The notes beneath the pieces were generated by a model. The model worked only from the letters and a program-made list of their open reading frames with translations. It ran no database searches and was not told the origin of the DNA. The position numbers were made by a program, and so were the translations under genes. Shown piece by piece: positions 1 through 9,750 of a stretch of 64,000 nt of DNA (positions within the stretch are counted from its first letter, which is position 1; each line of letters opens with the position of its first letter). The DNA comes from Diplonema japonicum (taxonomy: Eukaryota > Protista > Euglenozoa: Diplonemea): assembly GCA_964019335.1 (NCBI GenBank), contig OZ025731.1:186001-250000 (forward strand), read 5' to 3'.

Positions 1-2
1 TT

Positions 3-686
3 TGGAAAGGCAACGGCGTCGCTGTGGTGCGCGTGGTCCCGTACCTGTCGGTGCAGCTCGCTTCGAATGACAAATATAAGGAATACATGCAAGATGTGAT
101 CAAAGAAAAACACATTCGAAGCGCAGTTTGCGGAGGGCTCGCCGGTCCGACCAGCATTCTCACCACCTACCCTCTTGACACTGTTCGGGCACGCCTCGCG
201 GTACAAATGAACGACGCAGGGGTGTTAAAAAAAGACACTCTCATGTCTATGACCCAAAAAATAATCAAAACAGAAGGGTACCGTGCCATGTATCGAGGAT
301 GCTATATGTCGTGTATAGGCGGTGGTAGCTACGCCGCAATAAAATTTTCGACCTACGACTATCTGAAAAATGCCTGTCTTCACGCGTTTAACCACGAGAA
401 CGATTCCCACCTCACGATCTTTCAGCGTGCCATCAGTGGTGCTGTGGGCGGTTTCGTGGCGCAGACTCTCATCTACCCTACTGACGTTCTCCGTCGGCGG
501 ATGCAGACGTACCAGGGTTCGACTCCGCCTTACCGTGGGATTATTCACGGGTTGACCACCATCGCCCGTGAAGAAGGCATCCGCACTGGGTTATTCCGAG
601 GGCTCTCTCTTAACTATCTGAAGACGGTTCCTAATGTGGCGCTTTATCTTTCGCTGTATGATGTCTTCAAGTACTATCTGTTGTGA
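3..686 (+). CDS. Mitochondrial carrier family protein (SLC25; CoA/Graves-disease-carrier-like), 5' truncated by window edge
   Basis: Frame is open from base 3 (WKGNGVAVVRVVPY). Two carrier signatures, PLDTVRARL and PTDVLRRRMQ, plus YRG/FRG motifs. Confidence 0.9.
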   Translation, partial: WKGNGVAVVRVVPYLSVQLASNDKYKEYMQDVIKEKHIRSAVCGGLAGPTSILTTYPLDTVRARLAVQMNDAGVLKKDTLMSMTQKIIKTEGYRAMYRGCYMSCIGGGSYAAIKFSTYDYLKNACLHAFNHENDSHLTIFQRAISGAVGGFVAQTLIYPTDVLRRRMQTYQGSTPPYRGIIHGLTTIAREEGIRTGLFRGLSLNYLKTVPNVALYLSLYDVFKYYLL

Positions 687-1263
687 AATGTTTTTTTTTT
701 TTTATATCCGCCTATGAGAAGAGAAGAGGAGCCCGCTGCTGAGGCTTCCCAGCCCAGTCCTCATGTGTCTTCAGTTGTCTCTTTGTGTAGGATTTTCTTT
801 TTTTTTTATACTGGATGAAGGACGAACTTTCATAGTATTACCTCCCCCATCCCCCCCCCCTTTTTTTCGACCAGTTATTTTCCTGGGTTGATGGTTTTTG
901 TGAATTTTCTTAAACAGTGAGCACCCCCCCCCCCCCCCCCCCTGCACACTGAAGCTTTTTTTCGATTTTTCTTTTTTTTTTTTCTGAAGTGTTAGTGTTT
1001 CTTTGGGGTTAACCCCATTAGAAATTTAGCTTGGCTTTCGCCAAGCTGGGTTTTAAAAACCAAAATAATAATAATACAAAAACGGCTTCAAGCCACGTGG
1101 GTAGGAAGTTTTTCGATATCTAGAAATACTTCCCCCCCCATTCTTCTGCAACCATTCATTCTGCCCATGGTTCGTATGTGAAAGATGTCCAAGTGGACCG
1201 CCAAGTTGAGTAACCCAGGCGCGTTAGGGTAGCACTCTTATCTTCGTTAATGTTCCCTACTTT

Positions 1264-1879
1264 AGCTCGGTAGAGCATTACTTGGCGGTAGGTAAGTGGT
1301 TTTATTTCACGACACTCTGAAATTATTTCACCACGAGGGGCACAACAGGGTGACAAGGGGTACAACAAGAGAGGGGTTACAATACAAGTTGTTTTCCCTC
1401 CTTTTGTTGACTAAGAGCTACCGCTGTCGCTGGCATTGCCACTGTCACCATCTCTAATCAGGCCTTCCCATACCTAGCGCGGCCGCTGGCTCCTTTTTTT
1501 CTTCTGCTTCGGTATTTTGAAGTCTTTTGGGGAGCTTGGGTAAGCTGACTAAGTTACCCTTGCCCACAGAAGAGTTGCCCCCAGAAACTGGGAACAAGGC
1601 CTAGCCAAAAGTGGGCAAATTGGGAGGAAAAAGTAGTCCAACTTGGAACTGAGCCGAGGCAAAAGTTGGCCAAAGTTGGAAATAGCAAACTGAGAGGAAA
1701 AAGTAGCCCCACTGGGAACCGAACCGAGGCAAAAATTGGCCTACCGAGGCATATTATTTAACGGAAACCCCCTATTACTTCACGGAAAACAGGCCATTAT
1801 TTCACCGTGAAGTAATGAGATTTAGCGTGAAGTAATGGGCCCCCCAGTGCGTGAAGTAATCCTGAAGAGTGAAATAAAA
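1264..1879 (-). mobile_element. Non-autonomous Helentron/Helitron2-like element, copy 1 (lacks terminal hairpin)
   Basis: Reverse-complement near-copy of 15025-15594. Ends GAAGAGTGAAATAAAA, has internal inverted TTTTATTTCAC and repeated CGTGAAGTAAT motifs. Confidence 0.7.
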
Positions 1880-2156
1880 AAAAAAAAAAAAAAAAAAAAA
1901 AAAGATTAAAAAGAAAGAGGGTAACACTTCTCATTTTGGTTTCTTTTTTTTTTTTCTAGTCTTCCCTTTCTTCTATTTCGTTCTTCATCTTTTTTTTTCC
2001 TTCTTCTGGCGGTACCAGCCCTATCAACCATAGATTTTTTTTTTTAAGCTCTTCATCCCTGCCCCTCACAAACTTCTTTATACTTTGTTGCTCTTATTTC
2101 TTTATTCTGTACAACCCTGCAATTCATATAGCGTCCTGAGCTCAATTCAATGTTCC

Positions 2157-2225
2157 CAGCAGACAGTTGAGTCGCTTCCATTTCTCGTTGATACTTGTGA
2201 AGTGAATTATGCTTCTGCGAGAGGT
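2157..2225 (+). ncRNA. Single-hairpin AGA-box pseudouridylation guide AGA-1 (predicted SSU site equivalent to yeast Psi1187); other copies ~5505-5573, 14436-14504, 14945-15013
   Basis: Stems GCAGA/TCTGC and CGCTTC/GAAGTG. Pocket strands GTTGAGT and AATTATGC pair with conserved SSU GCUUAAUU-UG-ACUCAAC. AGA box lies 15 nt after the pocket start. Confidence 0.8.
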
Positions 2226-2269
2226 GTCATTATGTATTCTGTTTTCTTTTCTTCTTTTCCTGGCGAAAC

Positions 2270-2360
2270 ACACATGATGACAAACCCAAACCCATCGGTG
2301 TGTACGAATTCTGATCTTCTGAATTGAGGACAACTTCTTCTTTCGACGGGCGGACTGACC
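2270..2360 (+). ncRNA. Box C/D snoRNA CD-1 (snR70/U43-like, SSU Cm equivalent to yeast C1639 / E. coli C1402); other copies 5021-5105, 15728-15812
   Basis: C box ATGATGA at 2274, D box CTGA at 2355. D guide CGACGGGCGG is complementary to SSU CCGCCCGUCG, and the D+5 rule lands on the universally methylated C. D' guide CGGTGTGTAC is complementary to the adjacent GUACACACCG. Confidence 0.9.
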
Positions 2361-2403
2361 TACCAAAAGAAACGAGCAAAGGAAAGGAACCCCGTGACAC
2401 GAT

Positions 2404-2466
2404 CCGCGGTTCAAGAATCAAGGCAGATGCTCTGTTCTGCTTTGTTTCCACCCCCGCTGTAGAACA
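2404..2466 (+). ncRNA. Candidate single-hairpin AGA-box snoRNA AGA-2; second copy 5151-5213
   Basis: Stems GCGG/CCGC and CAAGGCAGA/TCTGCTTTG followed by AGA-NNN; conserved in two clusters. Target only tentative (SSU GGUGGAG-UG-AUUU). Confidence 0.55.
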
Positions 2467-2499
2467 GCTGTCTTGACTGTTCTTTTTTTTTAAAAAAAT

Positions 2500-2613
2500 C
2501 CAAATGATGACAGAAATCTGGATCCAACACGGACGGCCCCCTTTTTTTAAAAAAGGGGTCCCGGCTGAAAGATAAACCCTTATTTCAAAACCGAGCTTTT
2601 TAACAGCCTGATT
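2500..2613 (+). ncRNA. Box C/D snoRNA CD-2 (SSU GCUGUUAAAAAGCUCG region); other copies 2910-3022, 5373-5475, 5868-5980, 14800-14911
   Basis: C box at 2504, D box at 2608. Guide CGAGCTTTTTAACAGC is complementary to conserved SSU G(C)xGUUAAAAAGCUCG. Contains an internal C/T-A/G homopolymer hairpin. Confidence 0.85.
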
Positions 2614-2664
2614 CACTTCTTTTTCTTTCGCTTCCCAGTTCTTTTCTCCGGAGCTCCTCACCAA

Positions 2665-2737
2665 CACCCTTGCATCGCTCTGCTCTGTTCACGACCTTCA
2701 CCCGTACAGATGACAGATGAACTACAGGGGGAGATAC
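2665..2737 (+). ncRNA. Single-hairpin AGA-box guide AGA-3 (predicted LSU helix-89 loop GUUCA-Psi-AGCGA); other copies 3076-3148, 5658-5730, 14589-14661
   Basis: CCCT/GGGG basal stem. Pocket strands CATCGC and TGAAC pair either side of an unpaired UA in LSU GUUCAUAGCGAYG. AGA box lies 14 nt after the pocket start. Confidence 0.8.
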
Positions 2738-2763
2738 CTTTACCCCCCAGTGCATAATAAAGA

Positions 2764-2850
2764 CAACATGATGAGGACTATTCCTTCAAACGTTTCCTGT
2801 TAGCTTGATCGACCAAGATGACACATTTTAACACTCAGCTCACTCTGATT
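2764..2850 (+). ncRNA. Double-guide box C/D snoRNA CD-3 (snR71/U29-like, LSU Am equivalent to yeast A2946); other copies 5249-5327, 5761-5832, 14692-14772
   Basis: C box at 2768, D box at 2845. D guide ACTCAGCTCAC pairs with LSU GUGAGCUGGGU (D+5 = A). D' guide ACGTTTCCTGTTAGC pairs with the adjacent CUAAYAGGGAACGU. Confidence 0.88.
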
Positions 2851-3379
2851 TTTAACTTAGTTTTTTCGGTTAATGGGGTGAAGCAGACGTGGAGAAGTAT
2901 CAAAGAGAAATGATGACAGAGATCTGGATCCAACACGGACGACCCCCTTTTTTTTTTAAAAAAAAAGGGGGGCGGCTGAAAGATAAACCCTTATTTCAAA
3001 ACCGAGCTTTTTAACAGCCTGATTCACTTCTTTTTCTTTCGCTTCCCAGTTCTTTTCTCTGGAGCTCCTCGCCAACACCCTTGCATCGCTCTGCTCTGTT
3101 CACGACCTTCACCCGTACAGATGACAGATGAACTACAGGGGGAGATACCTTTATCCCGCACATTCTTTTCCTTAATATTATAGACAGCGACAAGGCTGTA
3201 GAAGAACTGCACGTGTGCTAGGGGCACCCGGTGGCCCTGAGCTGATGGTGAATTTTCTCGACGAGCAAGCTGACATGGGCAGGCTTCTCTCAGGCTTCAA
3301 TAAAACTTTAACTGCTAAAACAGATACACATTGAGAAAAAAAAAGAAGAAGAAAAAAAAAAAAGAAAAAGAAACCAACA

Positions 3380-4393
3380 ATGCAGATGCTGTACCTTGCT
3401 CTTTTCGCTGTGGGTGTGGCGGTATCGGAAGGAACGGAGCAGAACGCGCAGGAGGACCGTGTCGGGGAGAAGGTGGCGGAGGATGTGTCGAAGGGGGCAG
3501 TGAGCGCGAACATGCTCGGGGGGACCTTGTGGGATTGGGACCGATGCGTGGCGGAGCCGTGCAAGGAAGGGGAGGGGGACTGCGACTCGGATGCGGAGTG
3601 CAAGGCTGGGCTGACGTGCGGGCACAACAACTGCAAGACGATGCACCCTGCGGAGGCGGACCTGTACATGACGTACGCGGACTGCTGCGAGGTGATGCAG
3701 CCCTTCCACCTGGACTACTGTCAGGAGAAGCCTGGCTGTGGGTTCGGGGTCGGGGACTGCGACGACGACGACCAATGCGGAGCAGGGCTGGTGTGCGGGT
3801 ACAACAACTGCAGGGCGATGCACGCGAGGACGGACCCCGTGTTGATCCACCACAGAGCCGACTGCTGCACAACTTGCGCGGCTGTGACTGTGGTGCTGGA
3901 CGGGATCCCCACCCCTCAACCCCCGATGTCCTTCGTCGGCGGGAAGCTCGTGACAGCTGAGAGGACGCTCGCGAACCCTCCGAGTGTGCTGGCGGGGTCC
4001 GTGGTCCACAGCCTCCCGTCCCTCTTGTCCGACGATGAGATCAAGCTGGAGTGCTGTGCGAAGAAGAACACCCCGTGCAACTTCTTCGTTGCGGTCTACC
4101 ACTGCCCCCCTTGCTCCGCCACCGCCAACGGCGGCATCCCCAACTTCCTCGCTTCCCAAGGATGGAGCGGCTCCTCCTGCGCTCCGATCTTCACCCCCGC
4201 TGGCTCCTCGCAAGCCCAGACCATGACGGTCTTCCAGAAGACCCTCCAGGCGGGCGAGGACCTCACCATCCCCCTCTCCACAGCTGCCCCTCATGTTGCC
4301 GTCTTCACCACCACTGGGGGTGTCGGGGATTGGTGCCCCAACAGGGTGGCCACCGGCACCAAGGGTCCCAACAGACCTTGCGTGTGCCTTTGA
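3380..4393 (+). CDS. Secreted Cys-rich protein (two C-x2-G-x-GDCD-x-D-x2-C-x2-GL-x-CG-x-NNC repeats plus C-terminal Cys domain), copy 1
   Basis: Signal peptide MQMLYLALFAVGVAVS, GC-rich coding bias, A-rich start context; identical copy at 15961. Confidence 0.9.
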   Translation: MQMLYLALFAVGVAVSEGTEQNAQEDRVGEKVAEDVSKGAVSANMLGGTLWDWDRCVAEPCKEGEGDCDSDAECKAGLTCGHNNCKTMHPAEADLYMTYADCCEVMQPFHLDYCQEKPGCGFGVGDCDDDDQCGAGLVCGYNNCRAMHARTDPVLIHHRADCCTTCAAVTVVLDGIPTPQPPMSFVGGKLVTAERTLANPPSVLAGSVVHSLPSLLSDDEIKLECCAKKNTPCNFFVAVYHCPPCSATANGGIPNFLASQGWSGSSCAPIFTPAGSSQAQTMTVFQKTLQAGEDLTIPLSTAAPHVAVFTTTGGVGDWCPNRVATGTKGPNRPCVCL

Positions 4394-4860
4394 GAGGGAG
4401 GGAGAGAGGGAGAGAGAGTGAGGCGTGCCAAATAGAGTTTCTGAAAACCCTTTCTCCCCCGTTCGTCTTCTCTCAGCAGAAGGGCGGCAGTGGAGAAAAC
4501 CTTTATTCTATGATTTATCATTCCTCTGGAATGTCCCTTTTCTTTTCTTTTTTTCGCTGTGTCACATACTGCATGGCACCACTAAAATCGAGACTACCTT
4601 TTTTTCTTTCTCATTTACTTACCTAAGTTAACTTCCTCTCTTTCCCCTCCCCTTTTTTTTTTTAGCTTGGCCCCACAAGACGGGGGCCTCTGCTGAAGAA
4701 ATGCGATGAAGAGGGATCTGTTGATAGCTTCCAAAAAATGCGAAAGTTATTGAGCCGTCTTCTTCTTCTTCTTCTTTCTTTTCTCATTTCTTATTACTTT
4801 TTGTTCGCTGTTGGGGGGGGGGGGGGGGGGCAAGGAGAGACATCATCGTCTTGCTTTCAT

Positions 4861-5985
4861 CATTGACCGAAGAAATCTGGATCCAACACAGACACCCTAT
4901 TTTACCATTGAACCCAGTAGCTCATTCTGATTTCAGCCATTCTATCATGCTTCTGCGAGAAGTGTCCTTCGCTTCTGTCTTCCTGCTATGTGTTTAGCCC
5001 TTGAAGCCGTGCCAGCACACATGATGACAAACCCAAACCCATCGGTGTGTACGAATTCTGATCTTCTGAATTGAGGACAACTTCTTCTTTCGACGGGCGG
5101 ACTGATCTACCAAAAGAAACGAGCAAAGGAAAGGAACCCCGTGACACGATCCGCGGTTCAAGAATCAAGGCAGATGCTCTGTTCTGCTTTGTTTCCACCC
5201 CTGCTGTAGAAACCCTACCCCACACATCCTAACTAAATTCCCAACAACATGATGAGGACTATTCATTCAACGTTTCCTGTTAGCTTGATCGACCAAGATG
5301 ACACATTTTTTACTCAGCTCACTCTGAATCTCCCCTCCCCTGGGCTTTTTAAAAAAAGATGAAAAGGAGAACATGATGACAGAAATCTGGATCCAACACG
5401 GACGACCCCCTTTTTTTTAAGGGCCCGGCTGAAAGATAAACCCTTATTTCAAAACCGAGCTTTTTAACAGCCTGACCAAAATAGAAAAAAAAAGAAAAAA
5501 ATCCCAGCAGACAGTTGAGTCGCTTCCATTTCTCGTTGATACTTGTGAAGTGAATTATGCTTCTGCGAGAGGTGTGGTAAGACGAATCCCCAGATGAACA
5601 GGACTTTGGTGTCTTCGGGTGTCTTGTTGCAGGGACGAAGTGTGGAAAGGTTCCCACCACCCTTGCATCGCTCTGCTCTGTTCACGACCTTCACCCGTAC
5701 AGATGACAGATGAACTACAGGGGGAGATACCTTTACCCCCCAGTGCATAATAAAGACAACATGATGAGGACTATTCTTTCCTGTTAGCTTGATCGACCAA
5801 GATGACACATTTTAACACTCAGCTCACTCTGATGATTTGAGAGGAGAGAACGAAGAGGAGAAGAAACATGATGACAGAAATCTGGATCCAACACGGACGA
5901 CCCCCTTTTTTAAAAAAAAAAAAATGGGCCCGGCTGAAAGATAAACCCTTATTTCAAAACCGAGCTTTTTAACAGCCTGATTCAC
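4861..5985 (+). ncRNA. snoRNA cluster 2 (degenerate copies 4861-4965, then CD-1, AGA-2, CD-3, CD-2, AGA-1, unit X, AGA-3, CD-3, CD-2)
   Basis: Same C/D and AGA units as cluster 1 in a different order. Confidence 0.88.
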
Positions 5986-6142
5986 TTTCTCTTTTCCAAA
6001 GGTAGAGATAGTTTCTAGAGGAGTAGCACAAACACTCACTCCAAGGAGCAGCGCTACCGAATGCTCAGTCGTCTCTCCTTGCTACATTTCCACAACCTTT
6101 CACCCCCCTCCATAGATTTACACAATTTAATAAAAAAAGAAT

Positions 6143-6715
6143 ATGCCAAAGGTGTTGAAACAAGGGCCAGGAGGCGAATGCCCGCCAAGCAAGGGGTTCG
6201 TGGAGGAGGTGGCAAAGGTGTTGATGCATAAAAAACTACATAATCTTTTGAGGAAGAAGGCTGTGGGGATCGACTTGGTGAACGTGGCACAAGCGACAGT
6301 GTACATGTGGAGGGCGTGCCTTGCTCCACATGAAGTGAACGAAGAGAATTTTCTGGCTGCGCTGTGGCTGGCTGTCAAATACAGCGAGCACCCTTCATGC
6401 TCCGATACAGTATTTGAGTGGATAAGCAAAAACGAGCGTCAGCTGCCCCACGAGTTGGATGACGAAGCATGCGGCCACCGCTTCTCCTCAAAGGCTCTCC
6501 TCCTCTGGAAGCGTGCCGCAATGCGCACTATTGTGCCTCAGCACGAAATCGACACAACAACTGCACTGCTCAAGCATCACATTAAAGACTCGCTGCTGTA
6601 CGAACGCCAAGCCTCCCTGCCACGAATGTGGACTGCAATGCGCTCTTGGGTGGGGATACCCACCAAGCAAATCTACAAGCCTAGAGGCAAACAAGAGCCG
6701 GTCAAGACCGTCTGA
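6143..6715 (+). CDS. Speedy/RINGO (Spy1)-like cyclin-fold CDK activator
   Basis: D-x4-A-x3-VY-x2-RA-x5-E-x4-NF-x2-AL-W-LA-x4-E...F-x-W and F-x6-LW-x-R-x3-R-x-IV match the spacing of the Speedy box as recalled. Confidence 0.7.
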   Translation: MPKVLKQGPGGECPPSKGFVEEVAKVLMHKKLHNLLRKKAVGIDLVNVAQATVYMWRACLAPHEVNEENFLAALWLAVKYSEHPSCSDTVFEWISKNERQLPHELDDEACGHRFSSKALLLWKRAAMRTIVPQHEIDTTTALLKHHIKDSLLYERQASLPRMWTAMRSWVGIPTKQIYKPRGKQEPVKTV

Positions 6716-6727
6716 AGAAGAAGAAGG

Positions 6728-6762
<35 letters not shown>

Positions 6763-7067
6763 AAGCGTGCATTTGCGTACCTTTTTTTTTTTTTTTTTTT
6801 TTTTTTAAATTCTCCCCCGTACACAATTTTTTTAGGGAGGACAATGTAAAAAAAAAAAAAAAAAGAAACGAAGGGGAAAAAAAAAATGTGTACATACGTC
6901 TAAACGGGGGTCGCTTTTTCTTTTTTTTTTTCTTTCTCTTTTTTTCTTTGAGGGAAAAATACTGTGCCAGCAACCAGGTCTTCCTGAAGCTCAGAAAGTA
7001 TTGGGGAAAAAAAAAGAAGAAGAAAAAAGGAAAAAAAAACCAAAAGAAAAGAAATGTAGTAAAAGTG

Positions 7068-7098
<31 letters not shown>

Positions 7099-7462
7099 CA
7101 CGCGGGGAACTAGCCCCTATTGTTCTTTCCATATCTTTCTTTTAAGTACTATGATGCTGCAAACACACCCGTTTCCTTTGAGGCTTGTCCTCAAACTCTT
7201 CTCCAAACAAGAAAGGAAAAAAAAAAAAAAAAAAAAAAAAAAAAACACTATTCCCTTTTTTTTTGTTCCAACGAGCAGTCATAATGTTGAACCCAATTGG
7301 TGAGCGGCTACGTGGGTGGCGGAATACCAACCAGTTCGGGAAGAAAAAAAAAAAAAAAAAAAAAATGGATCGCGTCTTTCTTTCTCTCCTGCTCTCCACT
7401 CTCTTATTCCCCCTTCCTTCAAAAAAAAAAAAAAAAACCAAAACAAAAACATTTCAACAGGC

Positions 7463-9716
7463 ATGTCTGCATCCCCAGGGAGGTTCAAGGCCGCCCTCGA
7501 GGATGACCTCCCAGAGGCAGTTGTCACACCAGAAGACGGGACGTTCATATGGCCAGACGGCATAGAAGTAGAAGTGGGAAACGACGGGGAGACGGTCCTG
7601 GGAATGGACGGCCGGGTGCTGCAGAGCCCCGATGGGACCGGCTTGATAAAAACGGAGGATGGCAAGGTACAAACCGTGAACGGGGTAGACTACAGGATCC
7701 TTGTGTACAAAGATGCCAGGTGTCTTGTGATCACTGCTGAAGAAGGAGGCCGCTTCGTGGACAGACACGGCCACGGGTACACCACTTACGGTGATAGAAT
7801 ACAAACTGCAATCGATGGCCGTCCCCTTGCGTCCAAGGATGGCCGGTATGTGGTGTGCATTGATAACGTCCTCCAATTGGAAGACAGCACACTTGTAGCC
7901 CGCGGACCTGACTCCACCCCAGCGACATGGATAGACGGGTCTGTGGTGGTTGTTTCCCCCGACAACCGGACGGTCCTGGGTCCTGATGGGAAGGTGCTTT
8001 TCCTTGAAGGCCGTTCCATCGAAATCGATGAGGAAGGCTACCTCACAGAAGCCATCGGCAGCTACGTCATCCACACATCCCACGAGAGGTCGCGGCAACC
8101 CTCAGGCTCGGGGCCAGGGCAAGGAAACGAGGTTCACACCCGTTCCGTGCAGTTGAAGGAAGCCCTCAACAACGCCAACATGGAGCTCCGTGCTGTGAAA
8201 GATGCCCTCGAGCTTAACCAAGCAGAGCTCATCACCGAGAAGGCACGCTCCAAGGCAAAGATCTCTGAACCCCCGCCTGCCTCCATCTCCTCCGAACTGC
8301 AAGTCTTCCAAAACCAAATTCAAGACCTCAGCAACCAGCTGCAACATGAACGCGCGTCCCGAACAGAGGCCGTCGAGAGGGAACGCACACTCCGCATGGC
8401 GGCAGAGGAGAAAACCCTAAAAATCGAGGCCGAAGCCAGACAGCAGAAGTTCGTGTCGGACGACCTGATCGCAGAGCTGCAGAGGGAGCTGCGGGATGCA
8501 TCGCATGAGGACACAGCAGCTTTGCAGCGTTTAAAGTTGGCGGTAGAAGCGCAAGGGCGGCGGGTTAGCACACGAGAAGAGGAGCTGACCCAAGTGAAGA
8601 CACGGTTGAAAGAAGAAGAAGACAGAACGTCGGCTATGCACGTCACCATGCACAGCGAAAGAGGGAACCTTCAGAACGAGCACACGAAGCTGGCAGAAGC
8701 CCACAAAGCGGTGACGACGGACTACAACATTCTACGGCAAAGGGCCCACGAGCTGGAGGAAGCGCACCTGAAGGCAACCGACAAAATGCAGAACGAGATG
8801 CTGTCGCTAAGGGCACAGCTCGAAGACTTAAAACGGTGGAACAGGTCTTTGGAGGAGAAGGCAATAACAGCAGAGAGGACAACGGCAGCAGAAGCGGTAA
8901 AGGGTGACGAGCTGATGCATGTGCAGCATCTGCTGGACATGGAAGCAAGCAGACGACAACGCGCGGAACACAGCCTCGAGGAACTGAGGAAGCAACACGA
9001 CGCCCACACAGAGGAAGCCTTCGGACAGCTCACCAACATCACGATAGACCGTGACAGGTACATGCGGCTGTTGAGGGAGAAAGAACGCGAAGTCGACGAG
9101 GTGACGTGGGAGAAGAACAACACCGTGAAGGAGACACAACGACACAAGACCGAAGCACAGCAAGCGGTTGACAGCATCAAGGCCATCAAGGATGCGAAGG
9201 GCGAACTGGAAATCGAGCTGGCAAAGGAAAGGCAGCTCCGCAAGTCAGAACAAGCCACCCACGCCACCCGCCTCCTCGAAGTTCAAGAAGAGAAAGACAC
9301 CACGCTGAAGATCATCCCCAACGCCATCAAAGAATCAGAGCGGGGGAAAGCAGTCGCCGAGGAACGTGCGTCGGCTCTCCAACGCCAGCTCCGCGAGCAG
9401 GCAGATGAGCTAAGCAGTTTACGTGTCGAAATCGCAGAAGCACACCAAGAGGTCGAAGACGTCAAACGACACTTCAGAGAGAAGGAACGGGCGGCTCACG
9501 AAGAAATTTCCAGCTTGAAGGATCTGGAGAGGGAGTACAGAAGGGACAGAAAAGCACTTGAGGATCAAATCGAGAGCACCCAATCGGTATATATACCCCG
9601 TCCCTTTTTCACATCACACCCCCTCCACAGGGCACAAAAAACAAAGACGAGAGAGTGGTCGTATTGCAGAGGGAGTTGGAGAGGGTTACACGGAAGAAGG
9701 AGAAATCGGAGAAAAG

Positions 9717-9750
<34 letters not shown>

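Larger units (their letters stand above)
2157..3148 (+). ncRNA. snoRNA cluster 1 (8 copies: AGA-1, CD-1, AGA-2, CD-2, AGA-3, CD-3, CD-2, AGA-3)
   Basis: ATGATGA...CTGA units at 2274-2358, 2504-2611, 2768-2848 and 2910-3022. Single hairpins ending AGA-NNN at 2157-2225, 2404-2466, 2665-2737 and 3076-3148. All units recur elsewhere in the window. Confidence 0.88.

Noticed and set aside
683-820. Extra 3' exon of the mitochondrial carrier (REEEPAAEASQP...)
   Set aside because: The carrier fold is already complete at TGA 686 and the required GAG acceptor is unsupported.
1864-1903. Poly(A) tail suggesting the repeat is a SINE/retroposon
   Set aside because: Copy 2 has no long tail, no TSD is seen at its empty site, and asymmetric IRs plus a hairpin fit a rolling-circle element better. 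Not fully excluded.
3178-4294. Long antisense ORFs over GC-rich genes (also 15538-16875, 31624-32709, 59363-60238)
   Set aside because: Shadow frames of well-supported + strand genes with no motifs of their own.
2157-5985. Interspersed repeats resembling a CRISPR-like array or repeated small ORFs on the minus strand
   Set aside because: Units are of several kinds, irregularly ordered, carry C/D or AGA boxes and rRNA complementarity; no cas genes.
7365-7460. Tiny first exon ATGGATC with GC-AG intron for the coiled-coil gene
   Set aside because: Possible in frame only with a GC donor; the AG at 7460 is equally explained as a trans-splice acceptor.
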